A stretch of DNA of 63,687 bases, counting the filler, from Folioceros fuciformis (Eukaryota): assembly GCA_049999805.1 (NCBI GenBank). It is 4 parts of 4 records of this genome, joined end to end, with 100 filler letters (N's around TTAATTAATTAA, not from the genome) between each part and the next. Parts side by side here need not be neighbours in the genome. Positions count along the whole stretch, not along the records: positions 53,475 to 63,687 come from JBNGIO010006059.1; 3 more parts are not named here. The stretch is one strand, 5' to 3'. This document shows positions 61,837-63,687 of this stretch, one piece after another (position 1 is the first letter of the stretch; each line of letters opens with the position of its first letter). A program made the translations under genes and the position numbers. The notes beneath the pieces were generated by a model that searched no databases, was not told the DNA's origin, and was given only the letters and a program-made list of their open reading frames with translations.

Positions 61837-63687
61837 GTCTTCGGTCTTCACGTGCTGAAGATCTATCTTCTCAGATAATACCACTTCCCTGATGAAATGA
61901 TAACGAACTTCTATATGCTTCAAACGAGCATGAAACACAGGATAAGTAGCCAACCTCATGCTACTCATATTGTCACAGTAGATTGTGACCTTGCTGTTCA
62001 CTATATTTCCAAGATCATGTAGCAACTTCTACAACCAAGCTGCTTCATAGGCTGCCATTGCAGCTCCTCGATACTCTGCTTCTGTGCTTGACAAAGCAAG
62101 TGTTGGTTGTTTCTTGCTTTGCCAGCTGGTCATACTACTTCCCAGACGAAATGCATATCCATTGGTTGATCTTCTGTCATACGCACAACCAGCCTAATCA
62201 GCATTTGTATATCCTGTCAATTCAAGATGCTTCCTATGCTCATAGAGCAATCCAAACTCAGTAGTTCCTTTCACATATCTCATGATTCTTCTAACTGCAT
62301 CCAAGTGCGGTTTCCTTGGGTTCTGCATGAATTGACTAATCAGTCCTACTACATAACTTAAGTCAGGACGTGTGATAGTCAAGTAGATCAAACTTCCGAC
62401 CATCTGTCGATACATGGTCACATTTTCTAGCTCAGTTCCTACATCCATTTGCAGCTTAACGTTATGCTCCAATGGTGTATCCATCGCTTTGCAATCTGCC
62501 ATGCCATACTTCTGCAGCATATCCTTAGCATATTGTTTTTGCAATAGCCAGATTCCTTGAGGTGTAGACACAACCTCAATTCCTAAGAAGTATCTGAGTT
62601 CACCAAGATCCTTCACCTTGAACTCTTTTTGCAGATTTGCCTTGACATCTGCAATACCATCTGCATCATCTCCTGTGATGATCAGGTCGTCAACATAAAC
62701 GACAAGACACACTTGTCCACCTTTGGTCTGTTTTACAAACAGACTGTGATCTGCATCTCCAATCACAAACCCTCGCTCCTTCAAATAGCTTGTGATACGA
62801 GCATTCCATGCTTTAGGTGCCTGTTTGAGTCCATACAATGCCTTCTTCAGTTTGCATACGTACGTTGGAAACTTAGGATGAACATAGCCTTCAGGCTGTT
62901 CCACATACACTTCCTCCTGTAACTCACCATTCAAGAAAGCATTCTTGACATCCATTTGCCATAACTTCCATCCTTTAGCTACTACTAATGCTACGACTGT
63001 CCTTATAGTTGTCATCTTGGCTACTGGACTAAAGGTTTCCTCATAATCAAGACCATACTGTTGTGCATATCCCTTTGCAACAAACTTGGCCTTGTAACGC
63101 TCCAGCATTCCATCCGACTTGAACTTCAGCTTGTACACCCACTTAGAACCAATAGGAACCTTGCCATCAGGCAATTGAACCAAATCCCACGTTCCATTCT
63201 CAACTAATGCTGAGTATTCTTCATCCATGGCTTGACACCACTTATCATCTGTCACTGCCTCATCAAACTTGGTTGGCTCCTTACAAGCTGTGACCCTTGT
63301 CATATACGCATAATGTTGCGCATTGTAGCTTGTATAGGTGTACTTGTCAATGGGTTTCCTAACCCTCTCAGATCTCCTTGGTCTTGGTTCAGTTTGAACC
63401 TACCTTGCATATCGTTGCTCCTTAGCACCTGGTGTTTCCACAGATTAATGCCAAACTCATTGTCAATGCTCTCACTACTTGAGGATTCATATCCCTCATT
63501 TCCAGTTTTGCTGCTTTCTACTCTCCCCCTCATTGACATGTCCGGGTCAGTGGTCTTGGGTTTACCATTCCGCAATCTTCCATACCATGGATTCACCGTC
63601 GGTGATCCACCATTGGTCACATCCTCACTCTTTGTTGGAGTACTCTTAATAGTACTCTCCCCTGTGGGTGCGTCATAGGGTAGTGCA
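61837..63687 (-). pseudogene. Element H RT and RNase H
   Basis: ORF 62194-63303 ([17 protein letters not shown]). Confidence 0.94.

Larger units (their letters stand above)
56110..63687 (-). mobile_element. Copia element H, same family as G, interrupted by I; runs off the window
   Basis: 3' LTR 56110-56370 matches the G LTRs, followed by PPT; RH end 56371-56475; RT/RH 61837-63303 nearly identical to G. Confidence 0.95.

Overview
Plant nuclear repeat-rich DNA (a fern or other non-seed plant is only a guess from the element types), almost entirely nested, decayed retrotransposons. I found no intact host gene, RNA gene or CRISPR array. Three N44-TTAATTAATTAA-N44 linkers (22109-22208, 46524-46623, 53375-53474) divide it into four contigs that may not be adjacent. 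Element letters are my own labels. Contig 1: copia A (-) holds a solo LTR and a complete Tork/Tnt1-like copia B (-), which holds copia C (+); it also has a second solo LTR, a PPR gene fragment and the 5' half of copia D (+). Contig 2: the 3' half of copia D' (+) and an L1-type LINE (-) both abut a copia gag relic E; the LINE holds complete copias F and G. Contig 3: a gypsy relic (+) interrupted by copia K (+). Contig 4: copia J (-) is interrupted by H, which holds complete copia I. Main observation: six separately inserted, diverged members of one short-LTR copia group (A, C, D, F, I, K) each carry an extra sense ORF ('ORF0') between the PBS and gag, typically with an Arg-rich start and a coiled-coil-like end. 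This is unusual for Ty1/copia. Also notable: a decayed antisense ORF after pol in D', an LTR with AG...CT termini, a micro-inversion with a 40-bp duplication and a duplicated module in LINE ORF1. All alignments and mismatch counts were done by eye; novelty was not checked against any database.
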